64,000 bases of DNA from Marsupella aquatica (lineage: Eukaryota; Plantae; Marchantiophyta), in assembly GCA_973895155.1 (NCBI GenBank), contig OZ316893.1, positions 21,684,955-21,748,954 of the forward strand, in the 5' to 3' direction. Positions 37,393 through 50,096 of the stretch are shown here, one piece after another; the first letter of the stretch is position 1; each line of letters starts with the position of its first letter. The position numbers and the translations under genes are program-made. A model generated the notes under the pieces. That model saw nothing but the letters and a program-made list of their open reading frames with translations, had not been told where the DNA came from and ran no database searches.

Positions 37393-39252
37393 ACAAGGAT
37401 TTCTGCCACACCCCATTCCAACCCATGATGTGGTGCACGAAACGAGGAATAACCTGTGCTCAGGGTTCGTTTGTCATACCTGCCACAAATTTGGAACAAC
37501 AGACAAAAACCTTATTTTTGTCTCTCGATCATGTGCAAGAGTGTTTAGAAACCATCCATTCCCATAATCCCATGTTACGTAGTTACCCAAAAAAGTCAAG
37601 TGTTTACTAGACGCCCCCAAGAGTCAAGATGCCACTGGCAGGGGCAGCAGGGCAGCAAGAAAATACGGTAGGGCAGGTCAGAGGGGCAGGTGCTACCCGT
37701 TCTCGAAGAAACTCCTGACACAAATCTGACCCTTAAATCTGCCCAATGGAGACCAGAAAATATAAACTCTGCCCAATCAGCAGTCGTCCTCGAAAGATTT
37801 GCGGGATATATTCTGCCGATTTTTCCGGAGAAAGTAGATTTTATGGGAATTATTTGAGGAGTCGCTTGTTTTTTACGGCCGATAATCCCCCTGCGCAGAA
37901 TGAGGGTGCATCTCTGCCGTCCATGCTGGTCCGCATTATTTTCTTTTTCTATCGCCCATTCTTTTATTAATGAACTGCGGACGAAAACACTGCCGTTAGT
38001 GATGATGACAATGATCCTTTATTCGTTTATGTTTGGCTAAAGTAGTTCCTTAGCGAATTCCAGACGAAGCGTTTTCGGTCCATAATGATGATATTTATTA
38101 ATTACGAATTTATCTGATACATTTTTATCGAGAAAATAAATGACATTTTACTTTTCATCATGGCACATGTAACACATAACTTTTCTTGCAAGAATTTCTG
38201 TAGTTGAATTAGCCTACTGCTCATAGGTAGCACATGAACATCCAGGTGAGACATAGAAGTGTAAGGTAGACAACAAACTTATTGTGACCTCCAATGTGTC
38301 CACAATGCACGGGTGTGTCTTTGACACACCTTAGTCCCCTGGGAAAGAAATGTTGTGAAGGCAAGGGGAATTTTCAGCCCAATGCCCGTGCATTATACAA
38401 TAATGACCCATGCATTATACAATTATTATTGCAACTGCCCTTGTGATTGGATTGTCACTGGAGTTGTATTGTGGTTGGCATGTGGAAGTCAATTGTCATT
38501 TCAACTTGGTTGTCATTGCCAATATGAGATTATTACTAAAGTGTCATTGTTCCAACTAAGCCATCTATGAAGTCATACTCTGATTGCAAAGTTTTATTGT
38601 TTTGGTTGGTGTTTGCTGGGGTGGAAATGTCATAATTTGGTCAATGTTATTGTTGTAACAATGATGTGACGTTGTTTGGGAGGGCTAGGGTGCAAGATGT
38701 GGAAGCGGGGCAGTGGCAGCTGCTGGTTCAGGCGAGGTTGTGGAGCATTGTTCCCCTCCTTTACCTCCTCTTTCTCTTGCCCTTTCTCTCCTTCCTTTCC
38801 CCACATGAGGGAGGTAGTGGGCAATGGCCAGGTGCAAGGGAAGGCAGATGGGCATAGGGTGCAGGGAGTTAGGTGGCAGCACTATGCCCCCATGCCCTTG
38901 TTCTTTCCCCCTTCATAGTCTGTCTGGTGCCACTCTCTCTCCTTAGCAAAGAGAACAACTATCTAAATTGGGTGGAAGGTATTGTCAAATGAATGTGGAA
39001 TGTTTAGGGGACACATAAGATTGTGGGCCAAAAAATGTCCCGGGTACCAATGGGGTTCAAAGAAAATTAATCCAAGGAAGGCAAAAAAAAGCTATTGGAG
39101 CATACAAACTCCATGCAAACAAAGAATATGTCAGGCCATGCAAGAAAAATAAAATGAGAGACAAAGATCAATAAAGCTTAAATGAACGGCACAAAGAACC
39201 ATTGTGATCGAAGGTTGAGTCACTTTTCCAGAATTGGAAACAGAAAAGTCTA

Positions 39253-39386
39253 CCTCACCTCCAAAAAGACAGGAAAGGTGGGAGGTGGTAGGCACAAAGG
39301 TTCACCTTGTCCCCATGAATCCTCACCTCCAAAAAGACAGGAAAGGTGGGAGGTGGTAGGCAAAGGTTCGCCTTGTCCCCATGAAT
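39253..39386. repeat. 68-bp tandem duplication
   Basis: CCTCACCTCCAAAAAGACAGGAAAGGTGGGAGGTGGTAGG...CCTTGTCCCCATGAAT occurs twice. Confidence 0.9.
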
Positions 39387-39813
39387 CAGACAGGAAACCA
39401 ACAAGAAAAAAAACACCACCTCCTCCTGCCAACACTATTAAAAAAACAGGAAAATAGGTGATAAAATCAAGATAGAAATAAAACCTACGTAATTGAATCA
39501 AAATCTATCTCTTCGACACATTCTACACCGCCGCACCCCATCCCTCCAACACTAATTAAAACGACCATGATTGAAAACTTAGTGAAATAAAATAAAAATG
39601 AACCTAAACAATTCAAATTTACCTCTTCCACACATTATAAAATTCAAACCCATGCTTCTTATGTACTAAGGTACAGCCTATCCTACCTATAAACTTACCA
39701 CCAAGTAGCCTCTTATACCTAGCCCCACTCCCCAAGACAATAGACCTCCCTGGGCACCCTATTGCACACAATTCAACGGTGACAAAGACCTTGGAAAACA
39801 TCTCACTGAGCAT

Positions 39814-42082
39814 ATTCAGGGAGACGAGTCCCTGCATTGTCATTCAATGCGCCTCGATTCTCCCCCACAGCTCACCGGAATGCTCTCTCCATTTTTGTGT
39901 CTCACTTCAGTTTCAGGCCAGCCACATTTTTGTGTCCCCGTTCAGTTTGGAGGAGGGCACAGATTTTTGAGGGGTTCTAATGCTTGACCCTTACAACTTA
40001 TTCAAAAATAATGTAAAAGTTCTATAATATTAATTTTAAAAATATCAATATATTTTTAATATAAAATTTAAAATAATTATAAATGATTAAATGGTAATGA
40101 GCATGGAGAATTGACGCACAGAAGTAATGTGTGACCTAGGGTATTGGAGCTCAGTTGAGACTACGACTTGGCGTGTTCAAGGCACAGGACTGGCAACTTT
40201 TCTTTTCTTTGATTGAGGGCATGGAAAGGAATGAACCTTAGAGGTGGGGGGGGTGTCTAATTGTATTTGAATATGGAAATCAGAAATGATATATATATAT
40301 ATGGGGGGTTCAAGTAATTTGGAGATAGAAAAATTAACCAAGGAGACACCCATCAGAGCCAGGGAGATAAACCAACCTCTTTTATTAGTTTCTTGTACCT
40401 GCCCATTGTTGTGAGGTGCCAATCATGTTCCTGGTGGGGTAGCTGCTTTCAGTTTTAGGAAGAATCCAACAAAAGAGGTGAGTACAAGAAGCCAACAAAA
40501 GAGGTTAGTAACTGGTCAAAAGGAAAACAATATTAGAGGTGGTGTTGAGCAGAGACAGGATAAGAAAGGTCTTAATTGTGCAACAAGCTGAGAAACCAGT
40601 AAGACAAAAGAAAGCCCTATGAAAAGAGCATAAAAACCAACCCAGCAGAAGGCCCCTATGAAGCGAGTCCACAAGTATGTGGTAGAGAAGACAAGGCCAG
40701 GATTGGGAAGTGTGCTCCAACTGACAGGGTTTTGAAAGTTTGCAAGGAATTGGTACAAGCATGGTTCCTAGTTCTTTGAGTGTCTTGACAAACGTGTCAA
40801 GCACAGCACCTTTGGTAGACTCTGTTGTTTCCCAGGGTAGCCAACTTAGACTATTTCCAACCTTGTATGTAGAAAAGATATGTGATTGATGTCATGCCGA
40901 GGGACAGTGCCTCTTATGCACATCGGCATGTCCCTCTCATGCCCGCTAGGTATGTAGTTAGGGCTAGTGTACTACCTGAGTTAGCGACATGTTCTTGTAG
41001 CAAGTCTGGGCCATTCTTGAAGCAAATGTGCTTGTTAGTGTGACGCCAGGACTTTGCTTGCTTAGGGCATGTCTTTCTTTGTTGGTTTTTAGTTCTTCTT
41101 GAATCGCTGTTGACAGAGCTCAGACAGTGCTCGTCGGTCCCGTACACGGGATTCACACAGTGATTCATTAGATGCTCCCGGCCAATCTTGGCATCCCGCC
41201 GATTTTTGATTCGATTTCAGTACGCTTGTTTCTCTTACGCCTTTTATATACAGAGGTTTACACCTCCACTACGTACATACCACTTCATTTGCTTTTTCTT
41301 GGCACTTGTGAATGTGATTGGACTTTTTCTATGCATGTTGGTTGCTAGCAGCTTGCACATATGCCTTGCCGGTGACTGTATGTTTTCGATACACTATGGC
41401 TTCGATACTATATGTCACGACATTGAGTGATAAATGGTTTTTTATGTGATCATGTATCCTCAAAAGTTCTGCTGCTCCTATATATGGCGCCCCTTGTTCC
41501 ATATCCCCAAGTCCAATTGTTTTGGACATTATTTTAATTTTTATCCCTGGCTCTGATGGGTGCCTCCTTTGTTATTTTTTCTATCTCCAAATTACTTGAA
41601 CCCCCCATATATATCTCATTTAGCATTTCCATATTCAAATACAATTAAACACCCCGCCCGCCCCTCTAGGGTTCATTCCTTTCCATGCCCTCAATCAAAG
41701 AAAAGAAAAGTTGCCCTTTGTGTGCCTTTAACACGCCACTTCGTAGTCTCAACTGAGCTCCAATACCCTAGGTCACACATTACCTCTGTGCATAAATTCT
41801 CCATGCTCATTCCCATTTAATCCTTTCTAATTATTTTATATTAAAAAATATATTGATATTTTAAAACTTGATATTATAAATGTACATTATTTTTGAATAA
41901 GTTATTAGCGTCAAGCATTAGAACTACTCAAAAATATGTGCCCTCCTCAAAACTGAACTTGGACCCAAAATGGGGCTGGCCTGAAACTGAAGTGAGACAC
42001 AAAATGGAGAGAGCATTCCGGTGGGCTGTGGAGGAGAATCGAGGTGCATTGAATGACAATTCAGGGACGCGTCTCCCTGAAT
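39814..42082. mobile_element. Non-autonomous DNA transposon with ~550-bp terminal inverted repeats (Mutator/foldback-like)
   Basis: 39814-~40370 is the reverse complement of ~41541-42082. Termini ATTCAGGGAGACG...CGTCTCCCTGAAT. Exact 8-bp TSD CTGAGCAT at 39806-39813 and 42083-42090. No transposase inside. Confidence 0.92.
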
Positions 42083-43574
42083 CTGAGCATTCCATTGCAC
42101 ACCATCCAATAGGGACAAAAACTCTGGAGACATTTTATTGGGTACCCAGTTGCACACAATCCAAGAGTGACCAAAACTTCTTTGGACAATATTTCATTAA
42201 CAGTTGGATTCTGCTCCCTCCTTTCAACTTTGGAAGCACACGATACAGAATTTTGGTAGGGTTCCATATTGTAGTGGTTTATTATTATTACTAGGGGGAC
42301 TCAAACACCAAACCCAATTTGAAAATTGAGATTTTACTAAGTTAAGTCATTTTCCAGTATCATCTCATGCAAGACGATAAAACTAGAGTCAGAATTTATT
42401 CCACCCAATAGAGTTATAGGTAAATGGAGTAGATGATAGACATGGTGACCACTCCAATCACAGGCTGAATATGAGTAACAGTAAATCTACTGGAAATCTC
42501 CTTGGCAACCAAGTTGGTCTCTGCTCCTCCTCAGCTAAATGTGTCTTCTTTTTTTAAACTTGGAGTGACTTGAGTGAAAATGTGTCTTTCTAGAAGGCCT
42601 ATACACAGTTTCGCCCACGTAATGAACACCCACCTGTTGATGTTGAATTCAAACAGTAACTCACCATGAAGTTGAATCAAACTGCAAGTGCATTCATTTG
42701 CTTTTCAGCCATTTATGAACATGCTACTTCAAACAAGAGAAATGGACAATAAAACTCTATAGAAATGGGAAAATTTTGCCCTAAACCATAGAGATTTTCA
42801 AACAGAGTGGTTCTAACATTGAACAAGACACCCAGGAGAAAAGAAGTAGTTTGACTGGACCCAAGTGATTGTGTTTGCTGTCACCCGGCAGTACTGGAAT
42901 ATTGTCTCTTTTCTCTTTTTTAAAAGGGAAATTTGTTAAACCACACTGAAAGGGAACAGTTACTCACGACATTTGAACACAAGATTTATGAAGCTCAACT
43001 CAAGTGACAGCCATGCCACTCCCCTGGCCACTCTGGGCATACTGGAATATTGTCTTAAGAATACATATGGCACAATGCAACTTTAGCCTTAATAAACAAC
43101 AACAACAAAAATAAAAAAGCTAGAGCTTGAATGAATCTCACCAATTAACCATGTAATCTGGGATCGATTTGGTGTCCGCAGGGCAGAAAAGAGTCATCAG
43201 ACTGACTCCTTGAAACCTGTATTGCTTTGAAAGTCATGGAACTGAGGTGAAAATTAATTTGTTGGAAAACTGAATCAACACCCTTCCGGCCTAATGAGCT
43301 AAAGTGGGTCTTGACATGAACAGTTTGGAGAATTCAAAATGTACAGAGGGTGACTGATTGTCATCAATTACATTCCAATTTACATGGCCCAACTTTAGTG
43401 TAAAACAGGCCTTAATCAAGTCATTTCGATACTTGGAAATGGTCCTTCGGGCAAGTTTATATGAACACATTGGCAGATTTACAGGTCTGTGCAAGCATGT
43501 CTATATTAATTTGCTTTATTCAAAAAGTAGCTATATAGCAAATATAAAGAACCAGAGTACACATGTGACCAAAG

Positions 43575-43692
43575 CAGGCATGGTTGTGTGGTAACTCACT
43601 TGAGTAGGGTCTCATAGGTCTTGGGTTCAACTGCTGTAATTGGCTTCTGTTGGCTCCCTTTCTATGGGGTTTTTTAAAAGAAAAATTAAAAA
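43575..43692 (+). mobile_element. Possible short tRNA-derived SINE
   Basis: TGGTTGTGTGG (A-box-like, 43581), GGTTCAACT (B-box-like, 43624), and an A-rich tail. Confidence 0.3.
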
Positions 43693-44159
43693 GCTACCAG
43701 CCATAATTCTGCATGAGTAGTCCTTGGAAACTCTTTTATTGTTGCCAATTGGATCCTATCATTCCATGCTGCGCATCACACATAGAAGGTGAAGACATGA
43801 GAATGTAGGTCAGAGTCACATTTTTGAATGCTACCTATGGTGCGCGGGACACATAAGTGAGAAGTGTAGAGTTTGATTGACATTAGTCATCCCAACTTGC
43901 ATATCCCAACAGTAGAGGCCTTCATTGTGGTACGTGTAGATAAGCTTTTGGACAAACCCCATCCAAAGTGCAGTTCACCAAAGCCAATAATTTGCACAAG
44001 AAAGTCCTAACGCATCAAAAATCCAGGTCTTTCTCTCATCACCTAAATGAAAATAAGGAGGACAACATCTAAGACTGGGACCCAATGGGTTGTAATAATT
44101 GAGTTTTTCAGGAACTGTAGACCTGCAGGTCCATAAACAAGGGGAAAACAACCAGGGTG

Positions 44160-44900
44160 TTATTGTGGCAAAAATTTGCCAAGTTCCACCTCATTATACG
44201 GTCTTAACCAGTTTTGGCAGAACTTAGGAGGCATTTTGTCTTGGTTAACCAGTTTTCCACCTAGCCAGAGGAATCCCCTTAGCCAGAATTTGATGGTTTT
44301 TCTTTAAATCTAGGGAGGTTTAATGGACATAAACTAATCTAGAGAAAATTATAAGGAATATTGTGAGAATCTTCCCCTTCCAGGTGACTTTTGCCACCTT
44401 GGCAAAAAAGGGAAAATCCTAAAAATTACTCTCCCCAATCTAACTATAACCACAGTGGAAACCTTGTTTGGAACCCATGGTCTAGAGTAAATCTGTTAGA
44501 CCATGACATTGAGGGCATAACTGAAGTTGGGGGTGCGGGTGGGAAACAGGGATTGGCGTTAACAAGGGTCAATCTTTGAGAATGGTGCAGTGTGTGAGGA
44601 GTTACTAGAAACCAATTGCATTTGAATCAGTGATGGGCAACAAGCATGAATGCCCTCACCACCATTTTTTTAGTGGCAAATTTTTGCAAAATTCCACCTC
44701 TCGAAGAAGTGTTTGTCAGTTTTGGCAAATACATTTTGTGACATTTACCAGCCAATTTCCCACCTAGCTGCAGATCCCATTAGCCAGAATCTGAGACATA
44801 AACCTAGGAAGACATGATGGGTAATAAATTGATCTAGGAAAATTAGATAAGAGTATTTTCAGCATCTTCCCCACTGCACAAGGCAACATTTGTAACACTG
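44160..44900 (+). repeat. Two diverged copies of a ~250-bp dispersed repeat (44160-44420 and 44665-44900)
   Basis: Both read GTGGCAAA...TTCCACCTC...CAGTTTTGGCA...CCACCTAGC...TTAGCCAGAAT...ATCTTCCCC. Confidence 0.7.
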
Positions 44901-47104
44901 GAAAAAAGAACCATAAAAGTTATGATGGTTCTCACCCCTATTTTTGTCAAATCAGCGCACTCATACTACCATCTTCCCCCGAGCCCATTGCCATGGCGAT
45001 GTTTGAAAATGAAAGTTTTTGGGTCCAGAGACCAAAAAAAAATTCAAACTCAAAAACAATGTCTATTCAACACAATGTGGGGGTGTTGTGTTTGACAAAG
45101 CCAATATTGAACACAAAACATTATCTACAACTATAATTAGTGATCCCGCCTTTTTTAGTCTTTCGTCCCGTTATGAAATCCAAAATTGGCAGGAATCAAA
45201 ACTGGCCGTAAGATATTTTAGAGGATTATCATATCCATTTGATTAGCACTTGCCCTCTCTGGGGAGATCTCCCACACCCTTGCCTTCATTATGGACCCCC
45301 CTCGCAATATATGTATACGGGCATCAATGCTCGCGATGTCTCGCCCTGACGCCCTTGCCCTGACACCGTGCCTCGCCCTCCACTCAGTCCCGATGCACTC
45401 GCCCTGCCTCTCGCCCCCGGCCCAACTCCCTATGGGCCGGCCCTCATTGTGCTGTGCAATGCACGGGCATAGGGCTCGTTCAAACATAACACCCATTTTC
45501 AAGAACAATGCAATGGCAGTGTGTTTAATTAAGAATGCAAACAAATAATCAAAACTTGAATCCAATGTCCAGGGGGTGCACTATTCCAACAGAGCACCCA
45601 TGGCCCACTATTGGAATGGGGAAGACGTTAGTCTAGACGCCAAGAGAGCAGCAAGCAACAGGGACAAGCGGAGAAGCCTCCGAGCATCATTTTAGAGGGA
45701 GTGAAAAAGGCCCCCTATTCCTATTCCTCCCCTATTTTGGTCAAGTCAAACATTGCGTAATGAGTAGTCCCCCTATTTTACTACCCTTGTCGGGAACGGT
45801 CTACGTCACGATGGCGCCCCCGAAGAGACCGCAGCCAGGGGAACCGTCGATCATGCGCACACAGAAACTATCACTCGCGGGCTAAGGAAATTGACGGCCG
45901 TCCACCAGCCCGAGATGGAAAGAAAAAAAAAACACATCCAAGTTTCTAGAATGCTCGTTGGTGACCGACGAATCTCCGAGAATCGACGGCCCTCGTCGAG
46001 CATCGCGCACAATCGGATGCGTATTTCGGCTCGGCCCGCACGGGCAGGAGGGTTTAAGAGATCAATAATTATGGTTGGCGATGCGTTGACCCCCGGGCTG
46101 CCCAGAAGCGGGGGAGTCGTGCTCAGTCAGGGATAGATTTTCCGTTATTTTATGATTCAGGGTCGTTACATTAGCAAGTCAAATGCCGGGCAGCCGGGCA
46201 GAGCGCGGTACCGGAGGCGGGAAGGCCGTCGCGGCTCTCTGGCACAAAGTCAAGTGGTGACGCGGCATGGCAAGATGGCGTTCCCGTCTGCCCGGCTGCC
46301 CGTCATGCAATTATTCATGCAGCGGATCTGCTCGTCGCCTCTTTGGTTAACTTTTCTTTTGTCTGTCGTCACCGGTAAAAGTGTTCACTCATGAGAGGCC
46401 GATACTAGCTTTTTGCGTTTGACGTTAGTGAAAGAGACAAGGCATGACGGGCAAGGCGACGTAGTAAAGTAGTACAGTTTGTCCTGGTGTCCCGGTCCCG
46501 GTAACAGTGAGAAGGACCTGGTCGGTTTGACGTGACACCCTTCGCCCCTTGATATTACACTACTACAGTCGACGTGTCTAGGTGCAGGCTCCCGAAGCGA
46601 CCCCCAAACCTGCACTTATCCTCGGTAGCATTACCATAATGGAATCTTTTGTTTCCCTCTTTTATGGGGTTTTCGCTTTGATACTACAAGAGGACGTCTC
46701 AAACCTCAAATTTTGATGTACCTTAGATTATAGATAGAAAGTTAACTTAACAGTTAAGGTTAAAGATAGAAAAAATTATGTATTATGAAATTCATAATCC
46801 ATATCTCATGCTAAAGGCTAGTGAGAAAAAATAATAATTTTACATAGCATTGTGAAATCTTATGGACTTTAGTTAATAGTTTTTAATTAAAGTCAAAATT
46901 ATGTCTATATTTATTTTCTTCTGGTTTTTATTAATAGTGTATACTGAAAAGTCAATGTTAAATCAAGATGCATAAAAGATTCTGTTACAAGCACTCTAAA
47001 TATCTTGCCAGTCAGGTCCATGATTTTAGTAATCATTCTTTTTGTGTGAACCTATATAATACTACTCTCGGAGTCAGGTGAAGTTTCTAATTTTTTTATT
47101 TTTG

Positions 47105-47546
47105 TGCCCAGCCGAAGAAGCTTCCTCACTAAGTTTTTGGGCAAGTGCCATTCGTTTCACTCCACTCTTCAATGTTTAAATCTATTTCTATTATCACTGC
47201 AAAGTTTAAATTTGTGTTCCTAGCCTGAGAAGCTTCCTTACTAAGTTTTTGGGCTAGTGCCATTCGTTTCACCCACTCTTCAATGTTTAAATCTATCTCT
47301 ATTATCATTGGAATTTTTACAAATTTCGTTCCTAGCCTAAGAGGCTTCCTTACTACTTTTTTGGGCAAGTATCATTCATTTGACCCCATTCTTCAATATA
47401 TATCTCTACTTTTTTGGGCAAGTATCATTCATTTGACCCCATTCTTCAATATATATCTCTATTTCTATTATCATTGGATTTTCTTAACAAGAATTTGTGT
47501 ACAACCTAAGAAGCTTCCTTACTAAGTTTGTGGGCAAGTATCATTC
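47105..47546. repeat. Tandem repeat, ~112-bp unit, about 3.5 copies
   Basis: GCTTCCT(C/T)ACTAAGTTTTTGGGCAAGT...CATTC recurs near 47120, 47233, 47344 and 47513. Confidence 0.85.
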
Positions 47547-47784
47547 AAAACTGAATATACAGATTCAAATGCACAGAGTGACGAGCTGAAGTCAACTATA
47601 GGAAGGGTTCAGAAATGTCTGTCAGATGTTCTTTTCACAGGCACTGTAAGAAGTTTTTCCTTCATGGAGTGACCAACCACGTTTTCCAGAAACACTATGG
47701 TCAACCATGACTCCAGGAAAATTGCATGGTTGAACTGTGCAGCCGACCCTGCATGGTCAACCAAGAAACACAAAGATTATTCAG

Positions 47785-48095
47785 GAGAAACTGTGAAAAA
47801 TGGTCGCCGCTACCGAAAGTATGATTTGAAGACAATATGCATTATGTCTTCAGATTCAAAATTTGACCGACTGCGGGGTAGTCATTAGGTTTGCTTGTAC
47901 GGTGTTTTTTTGTGATTATTGGACTGTACGGGAGACCACCCCCGCATATCGAAAAAACATTTGAAACTGTGGAGATGATGTGGGAGAACTGCAAAAAGCG
48001 GTCGGCGTTGCCCAAACCGCGACTTGAATACAATATGGATTATGTCTTCGGGTTCAAATTTTAATCGTATCGTGGGGTAGTCGTTAGGTATGCTT
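47785..48095. repeat. Diverged ~110-bp direct repeat, ~200 bp apart
   Basis: ACAATATG(C/G)ATTATGTCTTC...TTCAAA...GGGGTAGTC(A/G)TTAGGT(T/A)TGCTT occurs twice. Confidence 0.75.
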
Positions 48096-49704
48096 TTCAC
48101 GTGGTGCACATGGGCTTTTCATGATGTTTTCATGCACGGCTGTCAGCGTCAGTGCGAAGTACCTCCAAATGTCCACAATGAATATTCAAGTTCAATGTTC
48201 GAAATTCCCCCAATGCCGCCACAACAAAAATTGACAAATGATCGACAAATGCGCTCGAAAAATGGTGATACTCCCCTGCGCAATGCATACATACAATTCC
48301 AAAAGAAGACAGACCCGAAGGTGTTGGGGTACACTTTAAACCCTAAACCTTGAAGCACGGGAAGACGGAATCCATTGTGTCTTTAGACATTAACCGATCT
48401 AATCCTATGGAATGGCATTGTTGCCCATTTCGATGAACCGCTGTAGACTATGGCGACCTGCATGGTGTGATTAGGTGCTGTAGACTGTGACGACAAGCTT
48501 GGTGGACTGGGCCTGGGAGCACAGTGCACTAGGAAGCAATGGGTGAACTAACTGTACATAGTAGACACCACACAAGAACAGGTGTACGGGTCATTAAGAG
48601 GGGTCCCACTTGGTAAAAAAGTTTCATGGGGGCCCATCACTCAGGTCAACAAGTCTCACCAGGGGACCCATTAAGTATATATCTCAAACCTATGTGATCA
48701 ACTTTAACATGCCTGTTTTCTAAGCTCACTGTCCACAACAACATCCAAGTTGGGGATGTTGACTTGACAACACATTAATATTACTGGAGGGTAGGGTTGT
48801 CAAGGGGACTAATAAACTACACTATTCATTGTAATTTGAGTTACCACACTACTTCCATTATATCACTATAATTTCTGCTTGCATGAATTTGTGTCACGTT
48901 AGACTCATACAAGAGTGGTGGGAAAAAACTATTTTGAAAAATCAACAAGAATTACTCCTTGTTGGGACTCAAGATCACCCACTTTTTACAGACACTTTTA
49001 AATAAAACTGGACAAAACTATTTTGAAAATCCTACAAGAGTTAGTGTAAAGGGATTCAAGACATGTAACACCAATTCTTTCATAACACTAATTACAGTAG
49101 ACATAGTAGAAGGCTCACATAAATTATATCAGCTACACAGCAGGTACTTTGTGCTAACCTAACACTCCAGGCTTCTACAAGAAAAAATCAAAGCAAATTA
49201 GGATTGGCCAAAGTAGAGTGATAGTTATGTGAAGGTTTGGGCCTCACTCCTCCCACTCCTATAGGTTGTGTCCGTGGTCCATGACTTACCCATTACTACA
49301 GTAGATGGCTAAGCTTGACCCATTTGCAGACCACAGTCTTGACCCCCTCACTATTGGCTGACCTTGACCCGTTTGTGGTCCACAATCTTGACCTAGTGGC
49401 CCAGAGTGTTCAGTTGGTTGGAGTCATCTTGCTGTTTGGTCTGGTTTGGGCTTCCATCGTGTTGTAACAAAAAGTGCATTCAGTATAATAAGATAAAGGA
49501 AAAGTTCATTATAATCTATAAAAGAGAGTAAGGAAAGGCAAAAGTAATGAAAAGTGCACAAAAAGGTTAGAAAATTCTTTAAGACAAAGGAGACAGGAAG
49601 AAAGTAATTTACTGTTGGCCTCTAAGCTGGTGACTGAGTCTTATTTTTCTTTTGATCAATAGTACGTGACTCATAAAGTGAGTGTGAAGCAACGAACTTA
49701 AGTA

Positions 49705-50096
49705 GACCATCTCCAACTGTTGGTGTTCTCACCCCCTTATCTGCCAAACACCCCAGTAGCGGGCAATTCTTGCTGATAACTACTCTCCCACCAGTGAGTC
49801 CCCTTAGTCTCCAAAAGTATGGAGGTTGGCTCCTCCAGTGGCCTCCATACTCATCAATTGCAGACAGCAGCCCACCTGGTACATGTGAATTTGTTACATT
49901 CTGCGATCAACCGGAGCAATTTAAACCACTACTTCTATAGTTCAAATGTTGGGTCAGGAAAAGGCAGAGAAAGCTAGTCGGGCATTGGTATAGTTCAGCC
50001 TTGTGGCACCTATGGGGCAGATTTCAGGGTCAATGCTTGTGGAGGTTTTAATGGGATGGCAGTCACTGATCGACCGCTAGAGCATTGGAGATGCTC
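49705..50096. mobile_element. Degenerate Tourist/PIF-Harbinger-type MITE
   Basis: Left GACCATCTCCAA and right TTGGAGATGCTC (11/12 inverted match to the GAGCATCTCCAA-type TIR). Flanks are GTA and TTA, an imperfect TWA TSD. Confidence 0.5.
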
